In this document: positions 49,381-59,491 of the stretch, in pieces | Position numbering within the stretch: position 1 is the stretch's first letter | Layout: each line of letters opens with the position of its first letter | Assembly (NCBI GenBank): GCA_963663385.2 | Contig: CAXXXD010000004.1 | Location: 480,001 to 544,000, forward strand | DNA: 64,000 bases | Reading direction: 5' to 3' | Source of the DNA: Oceanispirochaeta sp. | GTDB taxonomy: Bacteria > Spirochaetota > Spirochaetia > DSM-2461 | Translations under genes and position numbers: made by a program | Notes under the pieces: model-generated | What the model saw: the letters and a program-made list of their open reading frames with translations, nothing else | The model's database searches: none | Told to the model about the DNA's origin: nothing

Positions 49381-50919
49381 ATGTCAGATTATATTCTGGA
49401 AATGAAGAACATAACAAAATTGTTTCCGGGAGTCAAAGCGCTGGATAATGTGAACCTGAAAGTCAGGGAGCATGAGATTCATGCGTTAGTCGGAGAAAAT
49501 GGTGCCGGCAAATCGACTTTAATGAATGTATTGAGTGGAGTGTATCCATTCGGTACATATGAGGGCGACATCGTTTATAAAGATGAAGTCTGTGGATTCA
49601 GGGAAATAAAGGAAAGTGAAAAAAAAGGTATTGTTATTATCCATCAGGAGTTGGCCCTGGTCCCTTTTCTTTCTATTGCGGAAAATGTGTTTCTGGGGAA
49701 TGAACAATCCGACAGGGGCGTAATTAATTGGGAGTTAACCCGAACCCGAACCGCTGAATTGCTGAAAAAAGTAAGAATGAATGATGATCCCGATACAAAA
49801 ATCAAGGATATCGGTGTGGGAAAGCAGCAGCTTGTGGAGATTGTTAAAGCTCTGGCCAAGGATGTTAAACTGTTGATCCTGGATGAGCCGACTGCCGCTT
49901 TGAATGATGAGGATTCAAATAATTTACTGGATCTTCTATTGGAATTGAAGGAACACGGAATTACTTCCATTATTATATCGCATAAGCTGAATGAAGTGAC
50001 CAGGGTCGCCGATGAGATCACTGTTATCCGGGACGGAGCTACAATTGAAACCCTGAATAAGAAAACAGATGAAATAACTGAGGACCGCATTATCAAAGGT
50101 ATGGTAGGCCGGGATCTGGTGGATCGTTTTCCCCAGCGGGAATCTCATCCGGGAGAGGTCATGCTTGAAGTTTCCGACTGGAATGTATTCGATCCGATGG
50201 ATGATGAAAAAAAAGTCCTGCATGATATTAATATGACCGTACGGAAAGGTGAGGTCGTCGGCCTGGCCGGACTAATGGGAGCCGGACGCACAGAGTTTGC
50301 CATGAGTGTATTTGGTAAGAGTTATGGTCAGAAAATCTCTGGAACAATAAAGAAAGAGGGACAGGAAGTTCATCTGAAAAATGTAAGCGAAGCAATCAAT
50401 CAGGGAATTGCCTATGTGACGGAAGACCGTAAAACCGCAGGGTTGATTCTGATAGATGATATAAAGCGGAACATTACTCTTGCCAACCTTGGGAAAATCA
50501 GCAATCGCTTTGTTGTAAATGATAACGAAGAGATTCATATCAGTGAGGACTACCGGTCAAAAATGAATATTAAATCCTCCAGTATTCTACAGAGGACGGG
50601 TAATCTCTCCGGTGGAAATCAGCAGAAAGTTGTTCTTAGCAAGTGGATCTTTTCGGATCCGGATATTCTGATACTGGATGAACCTACACGGGGGATTGAT
50701 GTGGGCGCAAAGTATGAGATTTATACCATAATTAATCAGCTTGTAGCCGAGGGAAAGTCTATAATTATGATATCTTCGGAACTGCCGGAGATACTTGGAA
50801 TGGCCGATAGGGTTTACGTGATGAACGAAGGAGCCCTGGTTGGTGAGCTGGATAAATCTGAAGCATCACAGGAAAGTATTATGAAATGTATTATGCAAAA
50901 TAAAAGGGAGAGCGCGTAA
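49381..50919 (+). CDS. mmsA: Multiple monosaccharide ABC ATP-binding protein (GguA/MmsA)
   Basis: [52 protein letters not shown]. Confidence 0.92.
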   Translation: MSDYILEMKNITKLFPGVKALDNVNLKVREHEIHALVGENGAGKSTLMNVLSGVYPFGTYEGDIVYKDEVCGFREIKESEKKGIVIIHQELALVPFLSIAENVFLGNEQSDRGVINWELTRTRTAELLKKVRMNDDPDTKIKDIGVGKQQLVEIVKALAKDVKLLILDEPTAALNDEDSNNLLDLLLELKEHGITSIIISHKLNEVTRVADEITVIRDGATIETLNKKTDEITEDRIIKGMVGRDLVDRFPQRESHPGEVMLEVSDWNVFDPMDDEKKVLHDINMTVRKGEVVGLAGLMGAGRTEFAMSVFGKSYGQKISGTIKKEGQEVHLKNVSEAINQGIAYVTEDRKTAGLILIDDIKRNITLANLGKISNRFVVNDNEEIHISEDYRSKMNIKSSSILQRTGNLSGGNQQKVVLSKWIFSDPDILILDEPTRGIDVGAKYEIYTIINQLVAEGKSIIMISSELPEILGMADRVYVMNEGALVGELDKSEASQESIMKCIMQNKRESA

Positions 50920-52088
50920 TGGAAAAACTAACCCATATGTTTAAGACTCATATGCGGCAATATGCCATGGTAATCGCACTGGTATCCATAATGATACTGT
51001 TTCAGTTTTTGACAGAAGGGATTCTTCTAAAACCTTTGAATGTAACAAATCTGATTCTTCAGAACAGTTATATCCTGGTTTTGGCAATAGGTATGCTTCT
51101 TTGTATCCTTACAGGAGGTAATATCGATCTGTCTGTAGGATCCGTGGCTGCATTTGTCGGAGCTATTTCCGCTACCCTGATTGTTACCATGAACATGCCT
51201 GTTTTTGCGGCTCTGATTCTATCCCTTTTTGTGGGTGCTCTGGTGGGAGTATGGCAGGCATACTGGATTGCATACGTAAAGATTCCGGCTTTTATTGCCA
51301 CCTTGTCGGGAATGCTTGTTTTCCGGGGGTTTACAATGGTCATCCTTAAGGGCCGGACTCTTGCTCCATTTCCCACTTCATATCAGAAAATCGCATCCGG
51401 TTTTATTCCTGATATTATAGGAACTCCCGAAGGGCTCCATATGACCACTATTCTGATAGGTGTAATATGTTCTGTTATCTATTTCTTTTTCGAACTGAAA
51501 GATAGGCGAAGTAAACAGAAATACAACTTTATCGTTGCCTCCCTTCCGGTATTTATTGTGAGAGTACTGATCATGATGGCTGTCATTAATCTGTTTACAT
51601 TCTGGCTGGCCCGTTACAAGGGAATTCCCAATGTCCTGATACTTCTTACAGTTCTTATTCTTGGCTATACATTTGTAACAAATAAAACAATTGCCGGAAG
51701 GCATATCTATGCCCTGGGCGGAAATGAAAAAGCGGCAAGGCTGTCGGGTGTTAAAACTAACCGTGTTCTTTTCGGGGTCTATGTTAATATGGCTGTTCTG
51801 GCAGCACTGGCAGGGATTATTTTTGCCGGTCGTTTAAATGCCGCAACACCAAAAGCCGGAAACCTCTTTGAGCTGGATGCTATTGCAGCCTGTTATATCG
51901 GCGGTGCCTCTGCCACCGGAGGAGTCGGTACGGTAATCGGGGCTATTATTGGTGGTCTTATTATGGGTATTCTTAATAACGGAATGTCCATTATGGGTAT
52001 CAGTATTGACTGGCAGCAGGCCATTAAAGGCCTTGTTCTTTTATTTGCTGTAGCATTTGATGTGTATTCCAAATCCAAAACAAGATAA
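50919..52088 (+). CDS. mmsB: Multiple monosaccharide ABC permease (GguB/MmsB)
   Basis: QNSYILVLAIGML, IDLSVGS, GGNEKAARLSG, RLNAATPKAG..FELDAIAA. Confidence 0.92.
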   Translation: MEKLTHMFKTHMRQYAMVIALVSIMILFQFLTEGILLKPLNVTNLILQNSYILVLAIGMLLCILTGGNIDLSVGSVAAFVGAISATLIVTMNMPVFAALILSLFVGALVGVWQAYWIAYVKIPAFIATLSGMLVFRGFTMVILKGRTLAPFPTSYQKIASGFIPDIIGTPEGLHMTTILIGVICSVIYFFFELKDRRSKQKYNFIVASLPVFIVRVLIMMAVINLFTFWLARYKGIPNVLILLTVLILGYTFVTNKTIAGRHIYALGGNEKAARLSGVKTNRVLFGVYVNMAVLAALAGIIFAGRLNAATPKAGNLFELDAIAACYIGGASATGGVGTVIGAIIGGLIMGILNNGMSIMGISIDWQQAIKGLVLLFAVAFDVYSKSKTR

Positions 52089-52188
52089 TTTGAACCTCCT
52101 TTAGCTTTTCCCGGTGCCGGTTAACAACCTGTACCGGGATTTTTCTATTCACACAGGGAAATATCCTGTAAGATGTCCCTAGGTTATT

Positions 52189-52980
52189 ATGTTTGCACTT
52201 GAACGAATAAAATTAATAAAAAAGTATCTCAATGAAAATCAAAAGGCAGAAGTAACTGCACTGAGCGGATTGCTGGATGTTTCTGAAGTTACAATCAGGC
52301 GTGATCTTGAAAAACTGGAGAAAGAAGGGTTTCTTCAAAGGATCCATGGGGGAGCTGTTTTAACAGATGAACTGACGGAAAGCCATTCGGGCTCTATTCA
52401 GGAAGCTGATGATCCTCTCCTGCAGAACAGGATGGAGATAGGGGATATCGCATCTAATCTTGTTGATGACCGTGATGTGATTATGCTGACCCCGGGGCTG
52501 ACAAACCTGCAGTTGGCCAGGCATCTGAAGAACAGGAAAAACCTTACGGTTCTGACAAATGATCTTCTTATTGCACTGGAGTTTTCCGGTATCGCTTCCA
52601 TTAAAGTGATTATTCTGGGGGGAGATTTGGACAGTCAGTCCAGGGGGGTCTACGGGAAATTTACAATTGACAGCATTCGAAGCTTTTTTGTAAATAAGAC
52701 TTTTTTTGAAGTGGAAGGGATTAATCAGGACTCCAGTTTAACCGTTTCCAGTATAGAAAAAGCGACACTTATTCAGGAAGCAGTGAAGATAGCAGGTGAA
52801 TCAATCTGTCTTTGTCCCGGGAACTGTTTCGGGAAAAAAGCATTTTATCCTGTAGGAGACGTGAGTATGGCTGGAAAAATCATTTCCGATTCTTCCATGG
52901 GAGACGAGTATAAAAAAATGTTCTTTCAACAGAATATCCAAATCTTTACTTCTCTGCAGATGTATGAAGGCCATGTCTGA
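52189..52980 (+). CDS. DeoR/GlpR-family regulator
   Basis: VSEVTIRRDL, RIHGGA; effector domain diverged (TPGLTN in place of DSGTT). Confidence 0.88.
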   Translation: MFALERIKLIKKYLNENQKAEVTALSGLLDVSEVTIRRDLEKLEKEGFLQRIHGGAVLTDELTESHSGSIQEADDPLLQNRMEIGDIASNLVDDRDVIMLTPGLTNLQLARHLKNRKNLTVLTNDLLIALEFSGIASIKVIILGGDLDSQSRGVYGKFTIDSIRSFFVNKTFFEVEGINQDSSLTVSSIEKATLIQEAVKIAGESICLCPGNCFGKKAFYPVGDVSMAGKIISDSSMGDEYKKMFFQQNIQIFTSLQMYEGHV

Positions 52981-54478
52981 AAATGTAATTTTCCGTCTGG
53001 ATAATATTAATAAAAGCCTGGGCGACGGGTTTTTTCTTCAGGGAATAAATCTGGAACTGAAAGCCGGAGAAATCCATGTGGTAATGGGAGAGAATGGTTC
53101 CGGGAAGAGTGCGGTAATGCAGATCATAAGCGGAATAATCCAACCGGATACAGGACGGCTTCTGCTTAACGGAACCGGAGTTAATATCAGCAGCCTCAGC
53201 GATGCCTGGTCCAAATCTATTGTCTATATCCAGCAGGATGCCAATATTTTTCACAATCTTTCGGTTGCAGAGAATATTTTTTATCATCAGATGCCCTACC
53301 GGAACCGCCTTTTTAAAGTGATCGATAATAACAGACTGAACCGTATGTGTCAGAACCTGATCGATGATTTGAAGCTTCCCTTCAGTCTCTATGACCCTGT
53401 TCATAAACTGGGTATGGCGCAAAGGCAGATTATGGGTTTCTGTAAAGCTTATATTTCAGGTGCTCAGGTTGTTATTCTGGATGAACCATCCACCGCCCTA
53501 ACCGAGCATGACCGGAAAATTCTGCATACAATACTGAAGAGGATGAAGCTCAGAGGAGCAGGCATATTTTATATTTCTCACAAACTGGATGAAATCAGGG
53601 GAGTCGGGGACCGTCTCTCTGTTCTGAAGCAGGGCCGTTTGGTGGGAACTGTTGATCTGGCTAATACCGGTGATGATGATATTATCAGGATGATGTCCGG
53701 AGTAGTTCTGAAAAACCGCTACCCCCGACTGAATGTGAAAACCGGAAAAGAGATCCTGAGAGCCCGAGGTCTGGCTTCCGGGAATATACTGCGGGGAATC
53801 GATTTTTCTCTGCATAAAGGTGAAATCCTGGGAATAACTGGTCTGGCAGGATCGGGGCGCACATTTTTGGCAAACTGTCTGTTTGGCGAGGCCCCTATGG
53901 ATCGCGGTACAATCTGGCTAAACGGGAATAAGGTCTATATCCGTGAACCCTATGATGCAATCTCTCATGGACTGGCCCTGGTCCCTGAGGACAGGATGGA
54001 GGACTCCATCATGAGCTGTCTGGATGTAACCAGTAATGCCTCTCTGTCCTCCTTAAAAAGGTTTACCCGCTTTTTTACAATAAATACTACTTTTCTAAAT
54101 CAGGTTGTTGCCGACTACATTAGTAAATTTAATGTAGAGACAGAGCATTACAGCCGGCATATGGGTGAGTACAGCGGCGGAAGTCAGCAAAAAGTTGTTT
54201 TTGCCCGCTGGATTATGAATCGTTCAAAAGTCTTTATTCTTGATGAACCAACCCGGTGTCTGGATATTCCTACCAGAGTCGATATTTACAACTCAATGAA
54301 TGATCTGGTTCTAAAAGGGGCGGGTATTATTTTTATATCCTCGGATATTGAAGAGATTCTGGGGATGTGTGACAGGGTAATGGTTCTTTCCGATGGTCGT
54401 TTTGTATGTGACTTACCCTCTTCAGATGCGACTAAGGAAAAAATCCTGAGTTATGCAACAGGAGAACTCTTATCTTGA
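52973..54478 (+). CDS. Orphan CUT2-type sugar ABC ATP-binding protein
   Basis: GENGSGKS, ILDEPS, YISH, VPEDR, YSGGSQQKV, DEPTRCLD; overlaps the DeoR stop. Confidence 0.85.
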   Translation: MSENVIFRLDNINKSLGDGFFLQGINLELKAGEIHVVMGENGSGKSAVMQIISGIIQPDTGRLLLNGTGVNISSLSDAWSKSIVYIQQDANIFHNLSVAENIFYHQMPYRNRLFKVIDNNRLNRMCQNLIDDLKLPFSLYDPVHKLGMAQRQIMGFCKAYISGAQVVILDEPSTALTEHDRKILHTILKRMKLRGAGIFYISHKLDEIRGVGDRLSVLKQGRLVGTVDLANTGDDDIIRMMSGVVLKNRYPRLNVKTGKEILRARGLASGNILRGIDFSLHKGEILGITGLAGSGRTFLANCLFGEAPMDRGTIWLNGNKVYIREPYDAISHGLALVPEDRMEDSIMSCLDVTSNASLSSLKRFTRFFTINTTFLNQVVADYISKFNVETEHYSRHMGEYSGGSQQKVVFARWIMNRSKVFILDEPTRCLDIPTRVDIYNSMNDLVLKGAGIIFISSDIEEILGMCDRVMVLSDGRFVCDLPSSDATKEKILSYATGELLS

Positions 54479-55947
54479 AAGCTTCAGTACAACCACCACT
54501 TCTGCAGATTGAGAACTACAGTTTCTGTTTCCCCTCCTATCCCGGGCTGCAGAGTCGTCCTCTTTTTAAGAACCTGAATTTTCAGCTTCGTACAGGAGAA
54601 TTCAAAATCATCATGGGTCCTCCGGAAAGCGGGAAAACAACCCTCGGCCGCTGCCTGAGCGCCGTATATCCCGGGCTGACCCAGGCGGAAACGGAAGGTC
54701 GGATACTGATAGAGGGGGATGTCCTGACGACACGGGCCGCCTGTGACTGGATAGATAAAATAGGAATTGTCTTTCAGAATCCGGATGAACAGATCGTCAC
54801 CACCCGTGTGGACGATGAAGCCGCCTTTTCCCTCGAATCCCTGGGAATAGAAACGGGTGAGATTGAAAGGCGGATGAAGCAGGCTTTTGCGGAGTTTTCT
54901 GTTCCCTATCCGGAGCACCGGAATCCTCTTTCTCTGTCGGGGGGAGAAAAGAAGCGTCTGCTTCTAGCTGTTTTGAGGATGCAGAATCCGGATTTATGGA
55001 TTCTGGACGAACCCCTGGATGAACTGGACAGAGAGGGACAGCGTTCCCTTCTGCAGTTTCTGGCGGCTCTGGCTGAAAGGGAGAATAAAGGCATCCTGAT
55101 GTTCTCATCCAAATACCACAGGGCATTTGATTCGGTTAAGGCGGATCTTTCTGTTCTGGCGGAGGGCCGGATAATCGAGAGAGAGGATACGGATGATTTC
55201 CCGGGCCTGTTAAGGGCGCAGGGGCTGCTGCCTCCCGAGGTGGTTCCGGAGAAGAGCTTTCCCTGTTTATCCGTGCTTTCTCCCCTTATGGAAATGGCAA
55301 ACTTAAGGTTCAGGTACACGGATAACCCGGACTTTTCTCTGAATATCGAGGATTTTACCCTGTATCAGGGGGAAACACTTGTTCTGGCCGGACCGAACGG
55401 CTGCGGAAAATCCACCCTGGCCCGCCTTCTCTGCGGACTGATTGAATCCCAGTCGGGAACACTTACTCTGGACGGAAAAGATACTGCTTCCGGTGTACTG
55501 AACAGGAGCTGTGCCTATCTGTTTCAGAACCCCGATTACCAGCTGTTCCTCCCTACGGCTTCGGAGGAGCTGGAGCTGGGGCTGAAAAACGCCGGCCTTT
55601 CACGGAAACAGCGGCACAGGATGGTGGAAAACGGACTGGAACTGTTCAAGATTCCAGGGAGGGATACCCCTCCGTCCCTGATGAGTTTCGGTGCCAGAAA
55701 AAGGCTTCAGGGGGCCATCTACTATCTGCTGAACAAAAGACTCTACATTCTGGATGAGGCGGATTCGGGACTGAACTATCACGATTATGAGTTGATTGTC
55801 AGGCAGCTTAAGGCAAAGGGGAGCACCCTGATTGTTATTACCCACAATAGTGAAATCCCGGCCATCGAGGGGGACCGGATCTGTTTCATGTCCCATGGCA
55901 GAATTGTCTCGGAACAACCTTTGAAAAAAGAGGCGGTACAGTGGTAG
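54475..55947 (+). CDS. ECF transporter fused dual ATPase
   Basis: Two NBDs with FQNPDEQ and FQNPDYQ Q-loops; LSGGEKKR; GPNGCGKS. Confidence 0.88.
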   Translation: MKASVQPPLLQIENYSFCFPSYPGLQSRPLFKNLNFQLRTGEFKIIMGPPESGKTTLGRCLSAVYPGLTQAETEGRILIEGDVLTTRAACDWIDKIGIVFQNPDEQIVTTRVDDEAAFSLESLGIETGEIERRMKQAFAEFSVPYPEHRNPLSLSGGEKKRLLLAVLRMQNPDLWILDEPLDELDREGQRSLLQFLAALAERENKGILMFSSKYHRAFDSVKADLSVLAEGRIIEREDTDDFPGLLRAQGLLPPEVVPEKSFPCLSVLSPLMEMANLRFRYTDNPDFSLNIEDFTLYQGETLVLAGPNGCGKSTLARLLCGLIESQSGTLTLDGKDTASGVLNRSCAYLFQNPDYQLFLPTASEELELGLKNAGLSRKQRHRMVENGLELFKIPGRDTPPSLMSFGARKRLQGAIYYLLNKRLYILDEADSGLNYHDYELIVRQLKAKGSTLIVITHNSEIPAIEGDRICFMSHGRIVSEQPLKKEAVQW

Positions 55948-56714
55948 ATACCCTTTATATCAGCGGAGACAGCTTCCTTCACCGGTACGACTGCCGTCTG
56001 AAACTGATGATCCTTCCTTTTATGGTTGTATTCTTCTTTCTGCCTCAAACCTGGTTTTCTGCGGCAGCCCTCCTGTTTTTTCTCTGCCTGATAACTGTTT
56101 TCAGCCTGGGGATCCGGGATTTGATTCTGCCGCTGAAAATGATCTATCCCCTGCTGATTCTTATCGTACTGCTGACGCCTTTTTTCTACAGGGAGGGGAA
56201 TCCTCTGCTGAATCCGGGGGGATTTGTGATTCTCACGGAGAAGGGGCTAACCGAGACATTCCTGTATATCAGCCGTTTCTGGGGGATTACCCTGTCTTTT
56301 TTTCTCCTGTTCCGGACAACCCCCATGGAAGATATGATTCTGGGGCTGTCCTGGTTAAGGATGCCCTATACACTGACTCTGATTATTTCGGTCGCCCTGC
56401 GTTATATTCCTCATCTGGCAGGACTGTACGGTCAGATTTCTGCGGCCCATTCTCTCAGGTGCAGTATGGATGATCCCCCTCCAAAGAGGGGACTCCTTGT
56501 CCGGATCCGAAAACTGTTCCCCATCCTTGTCTCCCTGATGATTCAGGGGGTTAAAACAATTCCCACATTAAGTATGGCTCTGGAGCTGAAAGGAGTAGGG
56601 CGGGACAATCCCAGGACACGGTATCGAAAGCTCAGTGCTCCCGGTCATCCATATACACAGATTCTGATTACTCTGGCCTTACTTGTTTTTGTCGGAATAA
56701 CTTTGCTAATATAA
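55941..56714 (+). CDS. ecfT: ECF transporter transmembrane T component
   Basis: SFLHRYDCRLK, RTT, ALRYIP, AHSLR, ALELKG. Confidence 0.85.
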   Translation: MVDTLYISGDSFLHRYDCRLKLMILPFMVVFFFLPQTWFSAAALLFFLCLITVFSLGIRDLILPLKMIYPLLILIVLLTPFFYREGNPLLNPGGFVILTEKGLTETFLYISRFWGITLSFFLLFRTTPMEDMILGLSWLRMPYTLTLIISVALRYIPHLAGLYGQISAAHSLRCSMDDPPPKRGLLVRIRKLFPILVSLMIQGVKTIPTLSMALELKGVGRDNPRTRYRKLSAPGHPYTQILITLALLVFVGITLLI

Positions 56715-56744
56715 ACGGGATCATTCGATCATGGAGGAAGACGC

Positions 56745-57293
56745 ATGAAAAAAGAAACAGGACAATCCAAGCAGAAGCTTGCATTCCGAATCGCATCAAT
56801 CGCAGTTCTGACAGCGATTACCACAGTGTTTACAATGATTGTCAGAGTCCCTGTAACCCCCACAAGGGGATATATCAATCTGGGAGATGTGGCTATCTTC
56901 TTTACGGCTCTTACGTTCGGTCCCTATACGGCTTTTGCCGCAGGAGGACTGGGAACGGCTCTGGCCGACATTCTGGGAGGGTATGCCCAGTGGGCGCCTA
57001 TTACCTTTTTTGCCCATGGAATTCAGGGGCTTCTGATCGGTCTTCTGTTCAGAATGGTAAAAAAAGAGAGCCCCGTTCAGTTTATTCTGGCCCTGTTTCT
57101 CTCTTTTGCCGCCGGAACTGTTATTATGGCGGGGACCTATTTCCTGACAGGCGGTCTGATGTATGGTTTCGGGGCCGCCGCTACGGAAATCCCCGGAAAT
57201 ATCCTGCAGAATGTTGCGGGCGTTCTGGTTGGAACATCCCTTTATTTTGCTGTAAGAAAAGCCTATCCCCCCATTGACGGGTTTAACTGGTAA
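56745..57293 (+). CDS. ECF transporter S component (PdxU/HmpT-like; substrate uncertain)
   Basis: GYINLGD, GGLGTALAD, GYAQWAP, EIPGNILQ; GGAGG RBS. Confidence 0.85.
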   Translation: MKKETGQSKQKLAFRIASIAVLTAITTVFTMIVRVPVTPTRGYINLGDVAIFFTALTFGPYTAFAAGGLGTALADILGGYAQWAPITFFAHGIQGLLIGLLFRMVKKESPVQFILALFLSFAAGTVIMAGTYFLTGGLMYGFGAAATEIPGNILQNVAGVLVGTSLYFAVRKAYPPIDGFNW

Positions 57294-58149
57294 TCCCTTC
57301 TCTTTTCCGTTCCTTTCTGTAAGCAGAGGGGCTGATACCCATATGGGTGCGGAAGGAACGGCTAAGGGAGTAAATGCTGTCATAACCGCAGAACTCAGCT
57401 ATTTCGGAAACTGACTTGTCCGACGTGCTGAGGTATTTCATCGCTTCAGTCAGACGGCTTTCCCGTATGTACCTGCCCAACGTAATCCCCATGGATTTTT
57501 TAAAGACACTCCGGAGGTAGCCTTCGGAGAAATTCATCTCCCCGCACAGCCTGCTGATATTCAAACTGCGGTCCTCATACAGCCTGCGGCAGATTTCATT
57601 AACCACTTTGGATGCCGGGGTATCTCTTTTTTCTGCAAACTCTCCCAGCTCCCGGTTCGTTTCCAGCAGTTTTGACAGGATTGTCGCAATCCGGAAAGGA
57701 AGCTCTCCCTCCTTCTGTCTGTTATAAGTCTTCAGCGCCTCCTGCAGGAGTGGGAAAATCCCCGAAGGGCAGGAGGACGCCAGATTCCTGAGGGCAAGGA
57801 GAGGCAGATTATCCTCCATCTCAAAGGTTATGAAAAGCAGAGACAACCCCTCCCGGCTGTTATTAATGAAACGGTGGTACTGGTAGGGAAGCAACAGGGT
57901 AAAACAGTCTTTCCGCAGCTCTATCCTGGATCCGTCAACCATTATGGCTATGGGAGCCCCGCAATTAAAGATAAGAACATGCCGGTAGTGGAAGTTTGTT
58001 TCCGGATTAAGGGTCTGTTTTTCAAAACCATTCCTGTAGAAGAAGAGGATATTCAGGGGCAGAGAGAAGGTCTTTTTTCCCCGGCCCTCGTAGTAGTTTA
58101 AAGGAACCGGCAGCTGTTCAAACTCTCTGATGAGAGGGGCTCTGATCAT
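57283..58149 (-). CDS. AraC-family transcriptional regulator
   Basis: N-terminal cupin (PYQYH); SEGYLRSVFK and IAEFCGYDSIYSLSRSFR..GISP. Confidence 0.9.
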   Translation of the reverse strand: MIRAPLIREFEQLPVPLNYYEGRGKKTFSLPLNILFFYRNGFEKQTLNPETNFHYRHVLIFNCGAPIAIMVDGSRIELRKDCFTLLLPYQYHRFINNSREGLSLLFITFEMEDNLPLLALRNLASSCPSGIFPLLQEALKTYNRQKEGELPFRIATILSKLLETNRELGEFAEKRDTPASKVVNEICRRLYEDRSLNISRLCGEMNFSEGYLRSVFKKSMGITLGRYIRESRLTEAMKYLSTSDKSVSEIAEFCGYDSIYSLSRSFRTHMGISPSAYRKERKREGITS

Positions 58150-58232
58150 AATTAAAGAATATATGCGGAAATGTTAAAAAACAATCCAGAGATGCTATTT
58201 ATTTAACAATGGAATGGATTCATTATAGGTTT

Positions 58233-59480
58233 ATGAATACAATTAGAGCTGCCGTAATCGGCGCAGGAAACCGCGGACTGGACGCCTATGCCGTTTACGC
58301 GGAGAAGTATCCTCATGAACTGGAAATCACAGCAGTAGCAGAACCCCGTCAGGACAGGAGAGATGCTTTTGCCGGTCGTTTCAGAATCGAAGAGAGCCGG
58401 GTGTTTTCCGATTGGAAGGATCTGCTGGGCAAGCCCCGTCTGGCCGATCTGGTTTTTATCTGCACGCAGGATACCATGCATGTGGAACCGGCGGTCCGGG
58501 CAATGGAGAAGGGATACCATATCCTTCTGGAGAAACCCGTTGCCGTTACTCCCGAAGACTGCAGAATCCTGCTTGAAACATCCCGGAAGTATGATGTTTC
58601 CGTCGGGGTTGCCCATGTTCTGCGGTATACCGCCTTTTTCTCCTCCATGAAGGATCTTCTGGATGCGGGGGAGATCGGGGAAATTCAGGGGATCCAGCAT
58701 AATGAAAATGTCGGTCATCTTCACTACGCCCACAGTTTTGTCCGGGGAAACTGGCGGAATAAAGCCGAATCATCACCCATGATCCTGGCTAAAAGCTGTC
58801 ATGATATGGATCTTCTTCTCTATCTTACCGGATCGGACTGCCGCCGTATCTCGTCTTTCGGTTCCAGGCGGGTATTTCTGCCGGAAAATAGGCCTGAAGG
58901 GGCTCCAGACCGCTGCCTGGATGGCTGCCCCCATCGGGTGGACTGCCCTTACTACGGTCCAAAAAACTACCTGACCGGCGAGAAGGGATGGCCCGTCAGC
59001 GTTCTGACAACGGACCTGACCACTCCCGGAATCACCAGGGCCCTGCAGGAAGGCCCCTACGGCCGCTGTGTTTATACCTGCGATAACGATGTGGTGGAGC
59101 ATCAGGTTCTGAGTATGGAGTTTGAAAACGGGATTCCCGCTGTTTTCACCATGAGCGCCTTTACCAATGAAACCTCCCGGACCATTAAAATCACCGGTAC
59201 GAAAGGGGAAATGCGGGGGCATATGGAGAAGCAGGAGATTCAGGTTCTGGACTTCGGGAAGCGTCAGACCCGGATCTATCAGATAAAAGCTGTTCAAACC
59301 GGTCACGGCGGAGGAGACGAAGGCATTGTCCGGGAGCTGCTCCTTCACCTGAATGACCGCAGCCGCCCCCTGCCCAGCTCACTGGAACTTTCGGTTCAGA
59401 GCCATATGATGGCTTTTGCGGCGGAAGAATCCATGCAGAGCGGGAAAGTTATCGATGTGAAGGAATTTGCAAAAGGCTGA
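58233..59480 (+). CDS. Gfo/Idh/MocA-family oxidoreductase with a Cys-rich insert
   Basis: IGAGNRG, LEKP, HSFVRGNW, LAKSCHDMD, CLDGCP...CPY, YGRCVY.CDNDV, GHGGGD. Confidence 0.9.
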   Translation: MNTIRAAVIGAGNRGLDAYAVYAEKYPHELEITAVAEPRQDRRDAFAGRFRIEESRVFSDWKDLLGKPRLADLVFICTQDTMHVEPAVRAMEKGYHILLEKPVAVTPEDCRILLETSRKYDVSVGVAHVLRYTAFFSSMKDLLDAGEIGEIQGIQHNENVGHLHYAHSFVRGNWRNKAESSPMILAKSCHDMDLLLYLTGSDCRRISSFGSRRVFLPENRPEGAPDRCLDGCPHRVDCPYYGPKNYLTGEKGWPVSVLTTDLTTPGITRALQEGPYGRCVYTCDNDVVEHQVLSMEFENGIPAVFTMSAFTNETSRTIKITGTKGEMRGHMEKQEIQVLDFGKRQTRIYQIKAVQTGHGGGDEGIVRELLLHLNDRSRPLPSSLELSVQSHMMAFAAEESMQSGKVIDVKEFAKG

Positions 59481-59491
59481 AAACCAAAAAG

